Assembly: GCA_902521885.1 (NCBI GenBank)
Contig: CABYTJ010000001.1
Coordinates: 16,951 to 80,950, forward strand
Source of the DNA: an uncultured Pelagibacteraceae bacterium
GTDB lineage: Bacteria; Pseudomonadota; Alphaproteobacteria; Pelagibacterales; Pelagibacteraceae
Length of the DNA: 64,000 nucleotides
Direction: 5' to 3'
The position numbers were made by a program, and so were the translations under genes. Under the pieces are notes generated by a model. The model saw nothing but the letters and a program-made list of their open reading frames with translations, had not been told where the DNA came from and did not search any database. This document shows, piece by piece, positions 39,558 to 48,888 of the stretch (positions within the stretch are counted from its first letter, which is position 1; the number at the start of each line of letters is the position of its first letter).

Positions 39558-40169
39558 CTATTTAGTTGCAAGAATATTTTCTTTGTCTATTTGTTTCAAG
39601 TTATAGCCATTTGAAATCAATTTATCTTTAATTTCTTTTAATTTTTCTCCTTCAGTAAATGTTCCATCGAAATGTTTTGACTCAAAAAAAATATTTTTAA
39701 TCTTAATCTTATTATAATCAATTGAATTCATAATCTTATACTCTGCACCCTCAACATCAATTTGTAATTTATTAATTGAATTAATTGAATACTTTTTTAC
39801 TAAGTCTTGAAAAGTAATAAATTCAACCTCTGTTATTTGAATATCATCATCTTTTATGTCGAATCTTTTATTTTTATGATTAAGAATATGGTTTTTATCG
39901 AAAGAGCCTATTTGGCTGGCCCAATGTTTTCCTAGTTTTTTTATAGAGTCTTTTTTGACGTGGTAAAAGTTATCTTTTTTAGCTTCATCAAATATTGCAT
40001 TTCTACTTATAAAAATATTTTCATTATTCTTGTAATCATTTTCAAGTATTTGATAATTATAAGGAACCGGTTCAACTAACAAAACCTTTTGATTAGCATA
40101 TTCAGATATAAGATCTTTTATATGAATACCTGAATGTGCTCCAATAACAACTAATCCAAAATCATGCAC
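39558..40169 (-). CDS. FkbM-family SAM methyltransferase
   Basis: IGAHSG, VEP, LQIDVEGAE motifs. Confidence 0.85.
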   Translation of the reverse strand: MHDFGLVVIGAHSGIHIKDLISEYANQKVLLVEPVPYNYQILENDYKNNENIFISRNAIFDEAKKDNFYHVKKDSIKKLGKHWASQIGSFDKNHILNHKNKRFDIKDDDIQITEVEFITFQDLVKKYSINSINKLQIDVEGAEYKIMNSIDYNKIKIKNIFFESKHFDGTFTEGEKLKEIKDKLISNGYNLKQIDKENILATK

Positions 40170-40175
40170 TAATTA

Positions 40176-41192
40176 TTAACTAAATGCTTCTACCCAAGTT
40201 CCTTGTGTTGATGCTTTAGAATACTCTGTTGCTCTACCTTCAAAGAAGTTCATATGTTCTACAGCATTAAGCATAGTATCTAACCATCCTAAAGGATTTT
40301 TTTGAACATCATAAATTGGTTCTAACCCTAACTGGACTAATCTACGGTTTCCAATAAATCTAATATAGTCTTTAACTTCTTTTGCAGTAAGACCTTCCAT
40401 TGGTCCCATTTCAAATGCAAGATCTATAAAAGCATCTTCATGTTCAATAATAGTTCTACATGCTTCATAAAGTTCTTTCTTTAGTTTTGCATTCCATATT
40501 TCTGGGTTCTCTTTAATGAATTCTTTAAAAATTCTTATCATTGAATTGCAATGAAGAGTCTCATCTCTAACAGACCATGTAACTATTTGGCCCATACCTT
40601 TCATCTTGTTATGTCTTGGAAAGTTCAAAAGAATAGCAAAACTTGCAAACAACTGTAGACCTTCTGTGAATGCACTAAAAACTGCAACTGTTTTAGCTAT
40701 GTCTTCTTTCGAACTCATATCAAAATTTTGCATGTAATCGTATTTGTCTTTCATTTCTTTATACTTCATGAAAGCAGAGTACTCAGATTCAGGCATACCA
40801 ATTGTATCTAAAAGGTGTGAGTAAGCAGCAATATGAACTGTTTCCATTGATGCAAAAGCAGTCATCATCATTAAAACTTCAGTGGGTTTAAACACAGTTG
40901 TATAATGTCTCAAATAACAATTGCTAACTTCAACATCTGCTTGAGTAAAAAATCTAAATATTTGAGTTAATAAATTTTTTTCTGATTGAGACAAATTTTT
41001 CTGCCAATCTCTAACATCGTCACCTAATGGGACCTCTTCTGGTAACCAATGAATTCTTTGTTGTGTTAGCCATGCATCGTAACACCATGGGTATCTGAAT
41101 GGTTTATAAACAGGATTTTCAACTAATAGTCCCATTTTCTTTGGTTGGATTATTTCTTTTTTTTCTGTTTTTATTTTTTCTGCTACTGACAT
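40176..41192 (-). CDS. nrdB: Ribonucleotide reductase class Ia beta subunit
   Basis: W.P.E, QAD, E.VH...Y (radical Tyr), EG..LF, RDE.LH, NFFE.R..EY. Confidence 0.96.
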   Translation of the reverse strand: MSVAEKIKTEKKEIIQPKKMGLLVENPVYKPFRYPWCYDAWLTQQRIHWLPEEVPLGDDVRDWQKNLSQSEKNLLTQIFRFFTQADVEVSNCYLRHYTTVFKPTEVLMMMTAFASMETVHIAAYSHLLDTIGMPESEYSAFMKYKEMKDKYDYMQNFDMSSKEDIAKTVAVFSAFTEGLQLFASFAILLNFPRHNKMKGMGQIVTWSVRDETLHCNSMIRIFKEFIKENPEIWNAKLKKELYEACRTIIEHEDAFIDLAFEMGPMEGLTAKEVKDYIRFIGNRRLVQLGLEPIYDVQKNPLGWLDTMLNAVEHMNFFEGRATEYSKASTQGTWVEAFS

Positions 41193-43123
41193 GATAAACA
41201 CTCCTCGTACTCTGGTTCTTCGTTAGTTTGTTGATTTTTAGACTTATATACATTGGCCGTAACATCAGTTGATTTTGAATCGTTGATATTTTCAGCTCTT
41301 TGAATTGATTTTGATCTACAGTAGTAAAGGCTTTTTAAACCTTTTTTCCATGCATCAAAATGAATTCTATGTAATTCTTTTTTATGAACATCTGCTGGTA
41401 AAAATAAGTTAACTGATTGAGCTTGAGAAATAAATGGTGTTCGATCTCCACTTAATTCAATAATCCATTTTTGATTTAACTCAAAAGCAGTTTTAAAAAC
41501 ATCTTTCTCTAAATCAGTTAAAAAATCTAGATGAGAAACTGATCCTTGATTAGTTGTAATTGTAGACCAAGTTTCATCATCATTTTTTCCATGACTATCT
41601 AAGATTTCTTCAAGATATCTATTTCTAACATTAAAAGACCCTGATAATGTTTTATGAGTATAACTGTTAGCAGCGATAGGCTCTACACCTGGTGAAGCTC
41701 CACCACAAATAATTGAAATAGAAGCTGTAGGAGCAATTGCAGTTTTATTTGAAAATCTTTCTTGAAAACCATATTCTGCTGCATCAGGACACGCACCTCT
41801 CTCTTCAGCTAAATTTTTTGATGATTTATTAACCTGTTCATCAATTTGTTTAAATATTTTTTTATTCCAGGATTTTGCCATTACAGACTCAAGCGGAATT
41901 CTATTTTTTTGTAAAAAAGAATGAAAACCCATTACACCTAAACCAACACTTCTTTCTCTTTCAGCTGAGTATTTAGCATCTCTAAACTGGTCTGGAGCTT
42001 TATTAATAAAATCAGATAAAACATTATCCAAAAATCTCATTACATCTCCAATCATATCTGGATCATCTTTCCACTCATCATATTTTTCTAAGTTTAAAGA
42101 AGATAAGCAACAAACAGCTGTTCTATCATTGCCATCTTTATCTATTCCTGTAGGTAAAGTTATTTCACTACATAAGTTCGATGTTTTAACTGTTAAGTTT
42201 GCAAGCTTATGATGTTGAGGAATTAATCTGTTAACTGTATCAATATAAATAATATAAGGTTCTCCAGTTTCAATTCTAGCTGTTAAAAGCCTAATCCATA
42301 AATTTCTAGCTGAAACAGTTTGTTGTACTGTTCCATCTGCAGGACTTTTTAATGCCCATTGTTCATCTGTTTCAACTGCACGCATAAATGCATCTGAAAG
42401 TAAAACACCATGGTGTAAGTTTAATGCTTTTCTATTTGGATCACCACCTGTGGGTCTTCTCATCTCTATGAACTCTTCTATTTCAGGATGATCAACTGGA
42501 AGATAACAAGCAGCAGAACCTCTTCTTAATGAACCTTGGCTGATCGCCATAGTTAAAGAGTCCATTACTTTTATAAATGGAATTATTCCAGAAGTTTTTC
42601 CAACTTTACCAATTTTCTCTCCTATGGATCTTAAATTACCCCAGTAACTTCCAATACCTCCACCTTTTGCAGCCAACCAAACATTTTCACTCCAAAGATC
42701 TAAAATACCACCAAGACTATCTGACGCTTCATTTAAAAAACATGAAATTGGCAGTCCTCTTTTAGTTCCACCATTAGATAATACTGGTGTTGCCGGCATA
42801 AACCATAAATTACTTATGTAATTGTAAATTCTTTGAGCATGTAAATTATCGTCTGCATAAGAGCTTGCGACACGAGCAAATAAATCTTGGAAAGACTCAT
42901 TGTGGCCAAGATATCTATCTTTCAAAGTTGCCTTACCAAAATCAGTTAAGTTAGAATCTCTAGAACGATCAATCTTGATGATTATTCCCTTTTCATTTTG
43001 AAAAAGTTCTGTTTCACTATTTAGTGAAAAAAGATCAGGTCTGTTATTTCTTTCTACCTCTCTAACTTCTGGGCTATATTCGGAGACAGCTTTCTTCAGG
43101 GCCTGCGATAGAATTTTATTCAT
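41183..43123 (-). CDS. nrdA: Ribonucleotide reductase class Ia alpha subunit (no ATP cone evident)
   Basis: ATP.L.N, SCF, SNLCSEI, IAPTAS, LYY, C-terminal CLSC. Confidence 0.96.
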   Translation of the reverse strand: MNKILSQALKKAVSEYSPEVREVERNNRPDLFSLNSETELFQNEKGIIIKIDRSRDSNLTDFGKATLKDRYLGHNESFQDLFARVASSYADDNLHAQRIYNYISNLWFMPATPVLSNGGTKRGLPISCFLNEASDSLGGILDLWSENVWLAAKGGGIGSYWGNLRSIGEKIGKVGKTSGIIPFIKVMDSLTMAISQGSLRRGSAACYLPVDHPEIEEFIEMRRPTGGDPNRKALNLHHGVLLSDAFMRAVETDEQWALKSPADGTVQQTVSARNLWIRLLTARIETGEPYIIYIDTVNRLIPQHHKLANLTVKTSNLCSEITLPTGIDKDGNDRTAVCCLSSLNLEKYDEWKDDPDMIGDVMRFLDNVLSDFINKAPDQFRDAKYSAERERSVGLGVMGFHSFLQKNRIPLESVMAKSWNKKIFKQIDEQVNKSSKNLAEERGACPDAAEYGFQERFSNKTAIAPTASISIICGGASPGVEPIAANSYTHKTLSGSFNVRNRYLEEILDSHGKNDDETWSTITTNQGSVSHLDFLTDLEKDVFKTAFELNQKWIIELSGDRTPFISQAQSVNLFLPADVHKKELHRIHFDAWKKGLKSLYYCRSKSIQRAENINDSKSTDVTANVYKSKNQQTNEEPEYEECLSCQ

Positions 43124-43158
43124 ATTTAAAATATTATAATTTGTTATTTATACGAAAA

Positions 43159-43205
43159 CAACTATATGTTGTATGCGCTTTAAGTTAATATACTATATAA
43201 ACAGT
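43159..43205. promoter_or_regulatory. Tandem NrdR boxes upstream of nrdA
   Basis: CAACTATATGTTGTAT (43159-43174) fits acaCwAtATaTwGtgt; a degenerate copy ATACTATATAAACAGT lies 31 bp further on, the usual spacing. Confidence 0.75.
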
Positions 43206-43214
43206 AAATCAATA

Positions 43215-43229
43215 GAACATTTATAGAAC
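43215..43229. promoter_or_regulatory. Alphaproteobacterial LexA (SOS) box-like site
   Basis: GAAC-ATTTATA-GAAC is an exact GAAC-N7-GAAC (GTTC-N7-GTTC on the nrdA strand). Confidence 0.6.
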
Positions 43230-43284
43230 ATAATGAAAAAAATATCAATAAAAAAAGAGAAAAAAAGGTAAGTAATTAACAGTA

Positions 43285-44739
43285 ATGTCAGAAAAATTAA
43301 AAATTGATCCCTACGGATTTAGAGAATACGACGCTCGATGGTTGTATGAAAAAGATATTAATCTTTCAGGAATTACGAATCTAGGTAAAGGGTTAGGTTC
43401 ACAGATTATAAAACATACAAAAAAAAATAATCCAAGAATAATTGTGGGCCATGATTATAGATCATATAGCGAAGAAATTAAAAGTGCGTTAATAAATGGA
43501 TTAATTTCAACTGGATGTTTTGTTGAAGACATAGGTTTATCTTTGTCACCAATGGTTTATTTTGCACAATTCAATTTAGATGCTGATGGGGTTGCAATGG
43601 TAACAGCCAGTCATAATGAAAATGGTTGGACAGGAGTAAAAATGGGGATCAAAAAAGGATTAACCCATGCACCGGAAGAAATGATAGAATTAAAAGAAAT
43701 TACATTACAAGAAAAATTTGTTCAAGGAAAAGGAGATAAAAAAGAAATCAAAAATTTCGATAAAGTATATAAAGAAGATTTAATTAAGAAAAATAAAATT
43801 AAAAAAAAGATCAAAGCAGTAGTTGCTTGTGGTAATGGAACTGCAGGAATTTTTGCACCAGATATTTTAAGACAAATTGGTTGTGAAGTAATTGAATTAG
43901 ATTGTAATCTTGATTGGACTTTTCCAAAATATAATCCAAATCCTGAAGATTTAGAAATGTTACATGAAATTGCGAAAGCTGTTAAAGAAAATAATGCTGA
44001 TATTGGCTTTGGCTTCGATGGAGATGGTGACAGGGTTGGAGTAATAGATGATGAAGGAAATGAAATTTTTTCAGATAAAATAGGTTTGCTAATTGCAAGA
44101 AATTTATCCAATAAACATAATAAGTCTAAATTTATCGTAGATGTTAAATCTACCGGTTTGTATTCAAATGACAAAGTACTAATTAAGAATAAATGTGAAA
44201 CAATTTATTGGAAAACTGGTCACTCACACATTAAAAGGAAAGTAAATAATGAAAAAGCTTTAGCAGGATTTGAAAAAAGTGGACACTTTTTTTTCAATCA
44301 ACCTTTAGGATATGGATATGATGATGGTATTAACTCAGCAATCCAAGTTTGTCATTTAATAGATGATCAAGGCAAAAAAGTCAGTGAAATAGTAAATGAA
44401 CTACCAAAAACTTTTCAATCACCAACAATGGCACCTTTTTGTGAAGATAAAGAAAAATATGAAGTTGTTGAAGATATAAAAAAAGAGATTGAAAAAAGTA
44501 AAAAAGAAAAAATTAAGATTGATAACCAAGAAATAAGTGAAATATTAACTGTTAACGGTATAAGATTTTCATTTAAAGATGGATCTTGGGGATTAATTAG
44601 AGCATCATCTAATAAACCATCATTAGTTGTAGTAACTGAAAGTCCAACTTCTGATGAAAGAAAACTTAAAATATTTTATTTTATTGATGAGTTACTAAAA
44701 AAAACAGGAAAAATTGGAGAGTACGATCAAAAGATATAA
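43285..44739 (+). CDS. Phosphomannomutase/phosphoglucomutase
   Basis: FREYD.R, TASHN phosphoserine loop, FDGDGDR, GFEKSGH, RASSN. Confidence 0.95.
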   Translation: MSEKLKIDPYGFREYDARWLYEKDINLSGITNLGKGLGSQIIKHTKKNNPRIIVGHDYRSYSEEIKSALINGLISTGCFVEDIGLSLSPMVYFAQFNLDADGVAMVTASHNENGWTGVKMGIKKGLTHAPEEMIELKEITLQEKFVQGKGDKKEIKNFDKVYKEDLIKKNKIKKKIKAVVACGNGTAGIFAPDILRQIGCEVIELDCNLDWTFPKYNPNPEDLEMLHEIAKAVKENNADIGFGFDGDGDRVGVIDDEGNEIFSDKIGLLIARNLSNKHNKSKFIVDVKSTGLYSNDKVLIKNKCETIYWKTGHSHIKRKVNNEKALAGFEKSGHFFFNQPLGYGYDDGINSAIQVCHLIDDQGKKVSEIVNELPKTFQSPTMAPFCEDKEKYEVVEDIKKEIEKSKKEKIKIDNQEISEILTVNGIRFSFKDGSWGLIRASSNKPSLVVVTESPTSDERKLKIFYFIDELLKKTGKIGEYDQKI

Positions 44740-44743
44740 ATAA

Positions 44744-45874
44744 TTAATTCTTATTATCCATATCACTTTCAGAAGTATTATCTATTTGAGACTCATCTTG
44801 GCTTTGATTAGTAGATTGATCACTATAAAATTTTTTTATTAATTCTTCCTCTTTCTTTTTTTGATCTAAATCAAATTTTTGTTCCCATTCTTTAATTCTT
44901 TGATTTTCTTGTTTAATTCTCTCTTCTTCTTCAGCTTTTTGTTTTAAGGCTATTTCTTTTTCCTGTTCAGCTATTTTTTCCTCTTCTTGCTCTCTTTTAA
45001 GTGCTATAGCACGTTCTCTTTCCTCTTTTTCTCTTAAAAATTTCTCTTTTTCTTCAGCTTTAAACTTTTCCTCTTTTAACCTTAACTCTTCCTCTTTTAC
45101 TCTTTGCTCTGCTTCCTCTTTTAATAATTGTCTTTCTATTTCTTGTACCCTTTCAGATTCTAATTGACGTAATCTATCTTCAGTTTCCCTTAATTTTTCT
45201 TCCTCATATTTTAACTTTCTAGCAGCTTCTCTTATTCTCTGTTCTTCATCTAATCTTTGTTGTCTTTCAGCTTCTTTGATTTCAAGTTGCCGCTGTCTTT
45301 CATTTTCTCTCATTTCTCTTATTTTTTCAGCTTCTATATCTTTAGCCTTAATTGCCTCCTGTTTAGCTTTAATTTTTTCCGATCTAATTCTTTGTCTTTC
45401 TAACATTTTGATTCTAAGCTCTTCCTCTTTAAGCTTTCGAGCATCTTCTCTTATTTTTTTAGCTTGTTCATCTTTAATTTTTTGATTCTCGATCTTGAGT
45501 CTTTTAGCTTCAATTTTTTTTCGTTTTTCCTCATTTTTTTGAACTTGCTTTTCATTATCAAGAATTAATTTTTTTTGTGCTAATATTTGTTTTTTTTCTT
45601 CTCTAATTAAGTCTAGTCTATCTTTTTGAGCTTGTTTTTTTTGATTTTCTAAATCTCTTTTTTCATCTAATTCTCTTTGTCTCTCTTGTCGTTTCTTCTG
45701 TTTCTCTCTTTCTTTTTTAAGATTATGATAAAAATTACCTAATTTATTTTTAGTTTCCTCTATTACTTCAAAAGGATTAACTTTAATCTTATCTAGTTTG
45801 ATATTTTTATTTATTAGGGACTGAATATTTTTAAAATTTTTGTCTTTTTTCTTATTGTTTTTTTTTAAACCCAT
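44744..45874 (-). CDS. E/K/R/Q-rich extended helical (coiled-coil or single alpha-helix) protein of unknown function
   Basis: 376 aa open frame; about 300 aa charged run without Pro or Gly; no TM or signal peptide. Confidence 0.75.
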   Translation of the reverse strand: MGLKKNNKKKDKNFKNIQSLINKNIKLDKIKVNPFEVIEETKNKLGNFYHNLKKEREKQKKRQERQRELDEKRDLENQKKQAQKDRLDLIREEKKQILAQKKLILDNEKQVQKNEEKRKKIEAKRLKIENQKIKDEQAKKIREDARKLKEEELRIKMLERQRIRSEKIKAKQEAIKAKDIEAEKIREMRENERQRQLEIKEAERQQRLDEEQRIREAARKLKYEEEKLRETEDRLRQLESERVQEIERQLLKEEAEQRVKEEELRLKEEKFKAEEKEKFLREKEERERAIALKREQEEEKIAEQEKEIALKQKAEEEERIKQENQRIKEWEQKFDLDQKKKEEELIKKFYSDQSTNQSQDESQIDNTSESDMDNKN

Positions 45875-46064
45875 ACAAAAAATTTAACAATTTTAAAATA
45901 CTTTAAATAGATCACATGTGGTTAAATTGAGTTTAAAATTTTAATTAAAAGTCCATATTATTAAGAAATTAATAAAATACAATTTTTACGTGTAATTTAA
46001 GTCTAAATTTTTTTAATAAATTAATTTTTTTAAAACAAGAATCATGTACTAGCAATTTAGATTT

Positions 46065-46370
46065 ATGTTTAAAAATTTATTTATATTATCTTGTATTTTA
46101 CTATTAACTAATTGCACTACTCCTTCATCGGCATTTTTAGGGCCAATTTTTACTGGAGCTAAAACTGGTAGTGTTTATCAAGCATCTTTATCTTATGGTA
46201 GTAATAGAATTATTAATAAAATGAGAGAGGTGACGCAAAATAATTTTCAGGAAATGAATTCATTAAACTCTGACTTATCAACTGATGATAGAAATCCCCT
46301 AGTATTAGTTGCATACAAAGTTTCAAAAATTGAAATATCTGATGTAATAGAGCCAGAACCCTTACCTTAA
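46065..46370 (+). CDS. Hypothetical lipoprotein
   Basis: Signal peptide with LLTNC lipobox-like end; plausible conserved-looking G.VYQASLSYG segment. Confidence 0.65.
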   Translation: MFKNLFILSCILLLTNCTTPSSAFLGPIFTGAKTGSVYQASLSYGSNRIINKMREVTQNNFQEMNSLNSDLSTDDRNPLVLVAYKVSKIEISDVIEPEPLP

Positions 46371-46454
46371 AAATTTGTATAAAAATAGTAAAACTTTCAT
46401 TTTCAATTATTAAGAGTTTTGAATATTGACGAGAATCGCTTAAATTTTAATTAA

Positions 46455-46482
46455 GGGTGGTAGAGGGAGACTGAAACCACCC
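46455..46482 (+). ncRNA. GC-rich hairpin with GGGAGA loop in the leader of the DUF2061 gene; candidate structured RNA
   Basis: GGGTGGT...ACCACCC 7-bp stem enclosing AGAGGGAGACTGAA; TTGACG at 46426 upstream; no clean U-tract. Confidence 0.5.
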
Positions 46483-46511
46483 CAACCTTCTTCTTTAAAT
46501 TATGATTTTTA

Positions 46512-46724
46512 ATGGCAGATAAAAAAATCAGATCAGTTGCAAAAACATTTTCTTGGAGATTTTTAATATTTTTATATTGGATGTTATTTGGGTATATCTT
46601 TACAGGATCTATTAAAATAGCGGGTATATTAGGTATTGGTTCTATAATCCCACTTTTCTTTTACTACTTTCATGAAAGAGTTTGGAACCAAGTAAAATGG
46701 GGAACAGATATAGACAAAGAATAA
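46512..46724 (+). CDS. DUF2061 family small membrane protein
   Basis: RSVAKTFSWR and YYFHERVW..V.WG motifs with two TM helices. Confidence 0.85.
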   Translation: MADKKIRSVAKTFSWRFLIFLYWMLFGYIFTGSIKIAGILGIGSIIPLFFYYFHERVWNQVKWGTDIDKE

Positions 46725-46726
46725 CT

Positions 46727-48031
46727 TTATAATTTTTTCTTTAATTGATCTGAAATAATTATTTTTTTGTTATTTATGTAATCTTCATGATTTTTTTCAA
46801 TATTTTTAAGTTCATAAAGATAATTTACCATTACACCAAAAGATCTATTTAATCCAACCTCTGAAACATTGGCATTAATATTTATATCATCGATAATTGC
46901 TCCATTGCCTAAATGAAACCTGCAAACATCATTAATTGGAAGACCTTTTTTATTTTTTTCATTCATTAAATAATGAGCTACTAATTTAATTATTGCATGT
47001 TTATTTGATACAATTCGTCCATCTCCAACTTTTAAATCTGTAGATTTTAAAAAAGAAACATTACTGTAAGGTATTTTTCCCAAAATATTTTGAATTATTT
47101 TTTCATCTAAAGTAGTAAACCAATCTCTAAACCCTGGAATTGGTGAAAGAGTTCCAAAATTTTTTATATTTGGTAATTCTTCCTGAATTTCGTAGACAAC
47201 TCTTTTAATCAAAAAATTTCCAAGTGTAACTCTTGATAATCCCTCTTGACAATTGCTAATAGAATAAAAAGTTGCAGTATCATATTTTTTTGCACCTTCT
47301 GCACTTGGTTTCATTATTTCTTGAATTGACTTTCCTAAGCCATTAGTAAGTGCTACCTGTACAAATATAATTGGTTCGTCATCAAGCGCTGGATGAAAAT
47401 AAGAAAAAAATCTTCTATCTTCTCCAAGTCTTCTTTTAAGTTCGTTCATATCTTTTATTTTATGAACTCTTTCATATTGAATTATTTTTTCCAATACTGC
47501 TGCTTTTGTATCCCATGTAATCTTAGCAAGTTTTAAAAATCCAGGGTTAAACCAAGATTTAAATAATTCTCTTAGATCATTGTCTAGTGGTTTTAATTCT
47601 TTATTTTCATTTAATATTTTAAGAAGGTCCTCTCTAAGAGACACAATTGTTGAAATCCCATTAGGTGACATATTCATTCTTCTAAATAATTCTCTTCTTT
47701 GACCTTCGGATGTTATAAATAATTTAAATAAATTCTTATCATTTTGTTCTGCTTTATAGAGATCTATTGCCTCAGTTACTTTAGTATGGTTAGGTCTAAA
47801 TTTTTCATTTATCTTTTTAAAAAATAAAAGTTTTTTTTCAGGACTTAATGTTTGATATAAGTCAGTAATATCTCTTGCAACAGTAATACCAAATGCAGCT
47901 CCTTTATTTGAAATTAGATCGTCACATAACGAAATAATTGATTCTAAATCATTTTTTTTAACTACACTTTTTTTGAATAGTTTTTGGCCTACGTCAGCAA
48001 TGGATGAAATAATTTCTTTTAAATTAAACAT
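46727..48031 (-). CDS. Malonyl-CoA decarboxylase
   Basis: WFNPGFL, YE.VH, DRR...FH, FYSISNCQ.GL, LGNFLIK, TLSPIPGF, FHLGNGA, MVNYLY. Confidence 0.95.
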   Translation of the reverse strand: MFNLKEIISSIADVGQKLFKKSVVKKNDLESIISLCDDLISNKGAAFGITVARDITDLYQTLSPEKKLLFFKKINEKFRPNHTKVTEAIDLYKAEQNDKNLFKLFITSEGQRRELFRRMNMSPNGISTIVSLREDLLKILNENKELKPLDNDLRELFKSWFNPGFLKLAKITWDTKAAVLEKIIQYERVHKIKDMNELKRRLGEDRRFFSYFHPALDDEPIIFVQVALTNGLGKSIQEIMKPSAEGAKKYDTATFYSISNCQEGLSRVTLGNFLIKRVVYEIQEELPNIKNFGTLSPIPGFRDWFTTLDEKIIQNILGKIPYSNVSFLKSTDLKVGDGRIVSNKHAIIKLVAHYLMNEKNKKGLPINDVCRFHLGNGAIIDDININANVSEVGLNRSFGVMVNYLYELKNIEKNHEDYINNKKIIISDQLKKKL

Positions 48032-48051
48032 AAAAAACTTTATCCAAATTA

Positions 48052-48888
48052 TTAACTAATTGTTAAGTATTCAAAAAAAGATCTTATTGAAACTATAATT
48101 AGAAAAGTTCCAAATATCTTACTTAATAATTTTTTGTTAATTTTATACACTGCTTTTGCACCAATTCTAGCCATAATCATCGTCACAGGAACAAATACTA
48201 TAAAACCTAGTAAATTTATATATCCAACACTAAAAGGAGTATTAATATTATCAATTATTTTTCCTCCAGTAATCATTGTAATAGTTCCACTTACAGCAAT
48301 CAAAAAACCTACTGCAGCAGCAGTGCCTATTGATTTTCTAATGTCATATCCAAACGTTCTCATAAAAGGAACCATTAAAGACCCACCACCAATTCCAAGT
48401 GGGATTGAAATAAAACCAATTATTATTCCAGATATATTTTTTATTAAATCAGATATTTTTTTTGGATTTTCCATAAGTTTTTCTCTAACAAAAATAAAAA
48501 ATAGCCCTACAATAAATGCAAATATTGAAAAAAATAAAACTAAAGCTGGAGTTTTTAAATTTACTGCTAAAAAAGTTCCAGCAACTACACCTAGAAGAAT
48601 AAAAATACCAAATGATTTTACCATTTTAAAATCAACTGCATCATATTCCATATGTGTTTTGGTTGAGATAATAGATGTAGGTATGATAATTGCTAAAGAT
48701 GTTCCAACTGACAGATGCATACGTGTTACAATATCAAAATCTAAAACTGTAAAAGCATAATACAATGCTGGTACCATTATAATTCCTCCCCCTACACCAA
48801 GTAAACCTGCCATAAAACCTGCTACTGCTGCCGCAGATGCTAAAACAATTAGTAAGTTAATTATTTCAGATGAATTTAATATTTCCAT
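48052..48888 (-). CDS. TauE/SafE family (TSUP) exporter
   Basis: Duplicated GLLGVGGG..MVP / LGIGGG..MVP, GTSL; multiple TM helices. Confidence 0.9.
   Translation of the reverse strand: MEILNSSEIINLLIVLASAAAVAGFMAGLLGVGGGIIMVPALYYAFTVLDFDIVTRMHLSVGTSLAIIIPTSIISTKTHMEYDAVDFKMVKSFGIFILLGVVAGTFLAVNLKTPALVLFFSIFAFIVGLFFIFVREKLMENPKKISDLIKNISGIIIGFISIPLGIGGGSLMVPFMRTFGYDIRKSIGTAAAVGFLIAVSGTITMITGGKIIDNINTPFSVGYINLLGFIVFVPVTMIMARIGAKAVYKINKKLLSKIFGTFLIIVSIRSFFEYLTIS

Noticed and set aside
40176-41192. Metal-free or Mn/Fe (class Ie/Ic) RNR beta subunit
   Set aside because: The Asp/Glu/His ligands and the radical Tyr are all present, consistent with an ordinary class Ia enzyme
45921-45936. CtrA-like GTTAA-N7-TTAA upstream of the helical-protein gene
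   Set aside because: TTAA words are very common in this AT-rich gap, and to my recall Pelagibacter lacks CtrA; not supportable without the rest of the genome
48134-48760. 208 aa antisense ORF, plus similar ones (1938-2324, 43722-44174, 55308-55640 and others)
   Set aside because: They lie opposite well-supported genes, carry no recognisable motifs and are expected from codon bias
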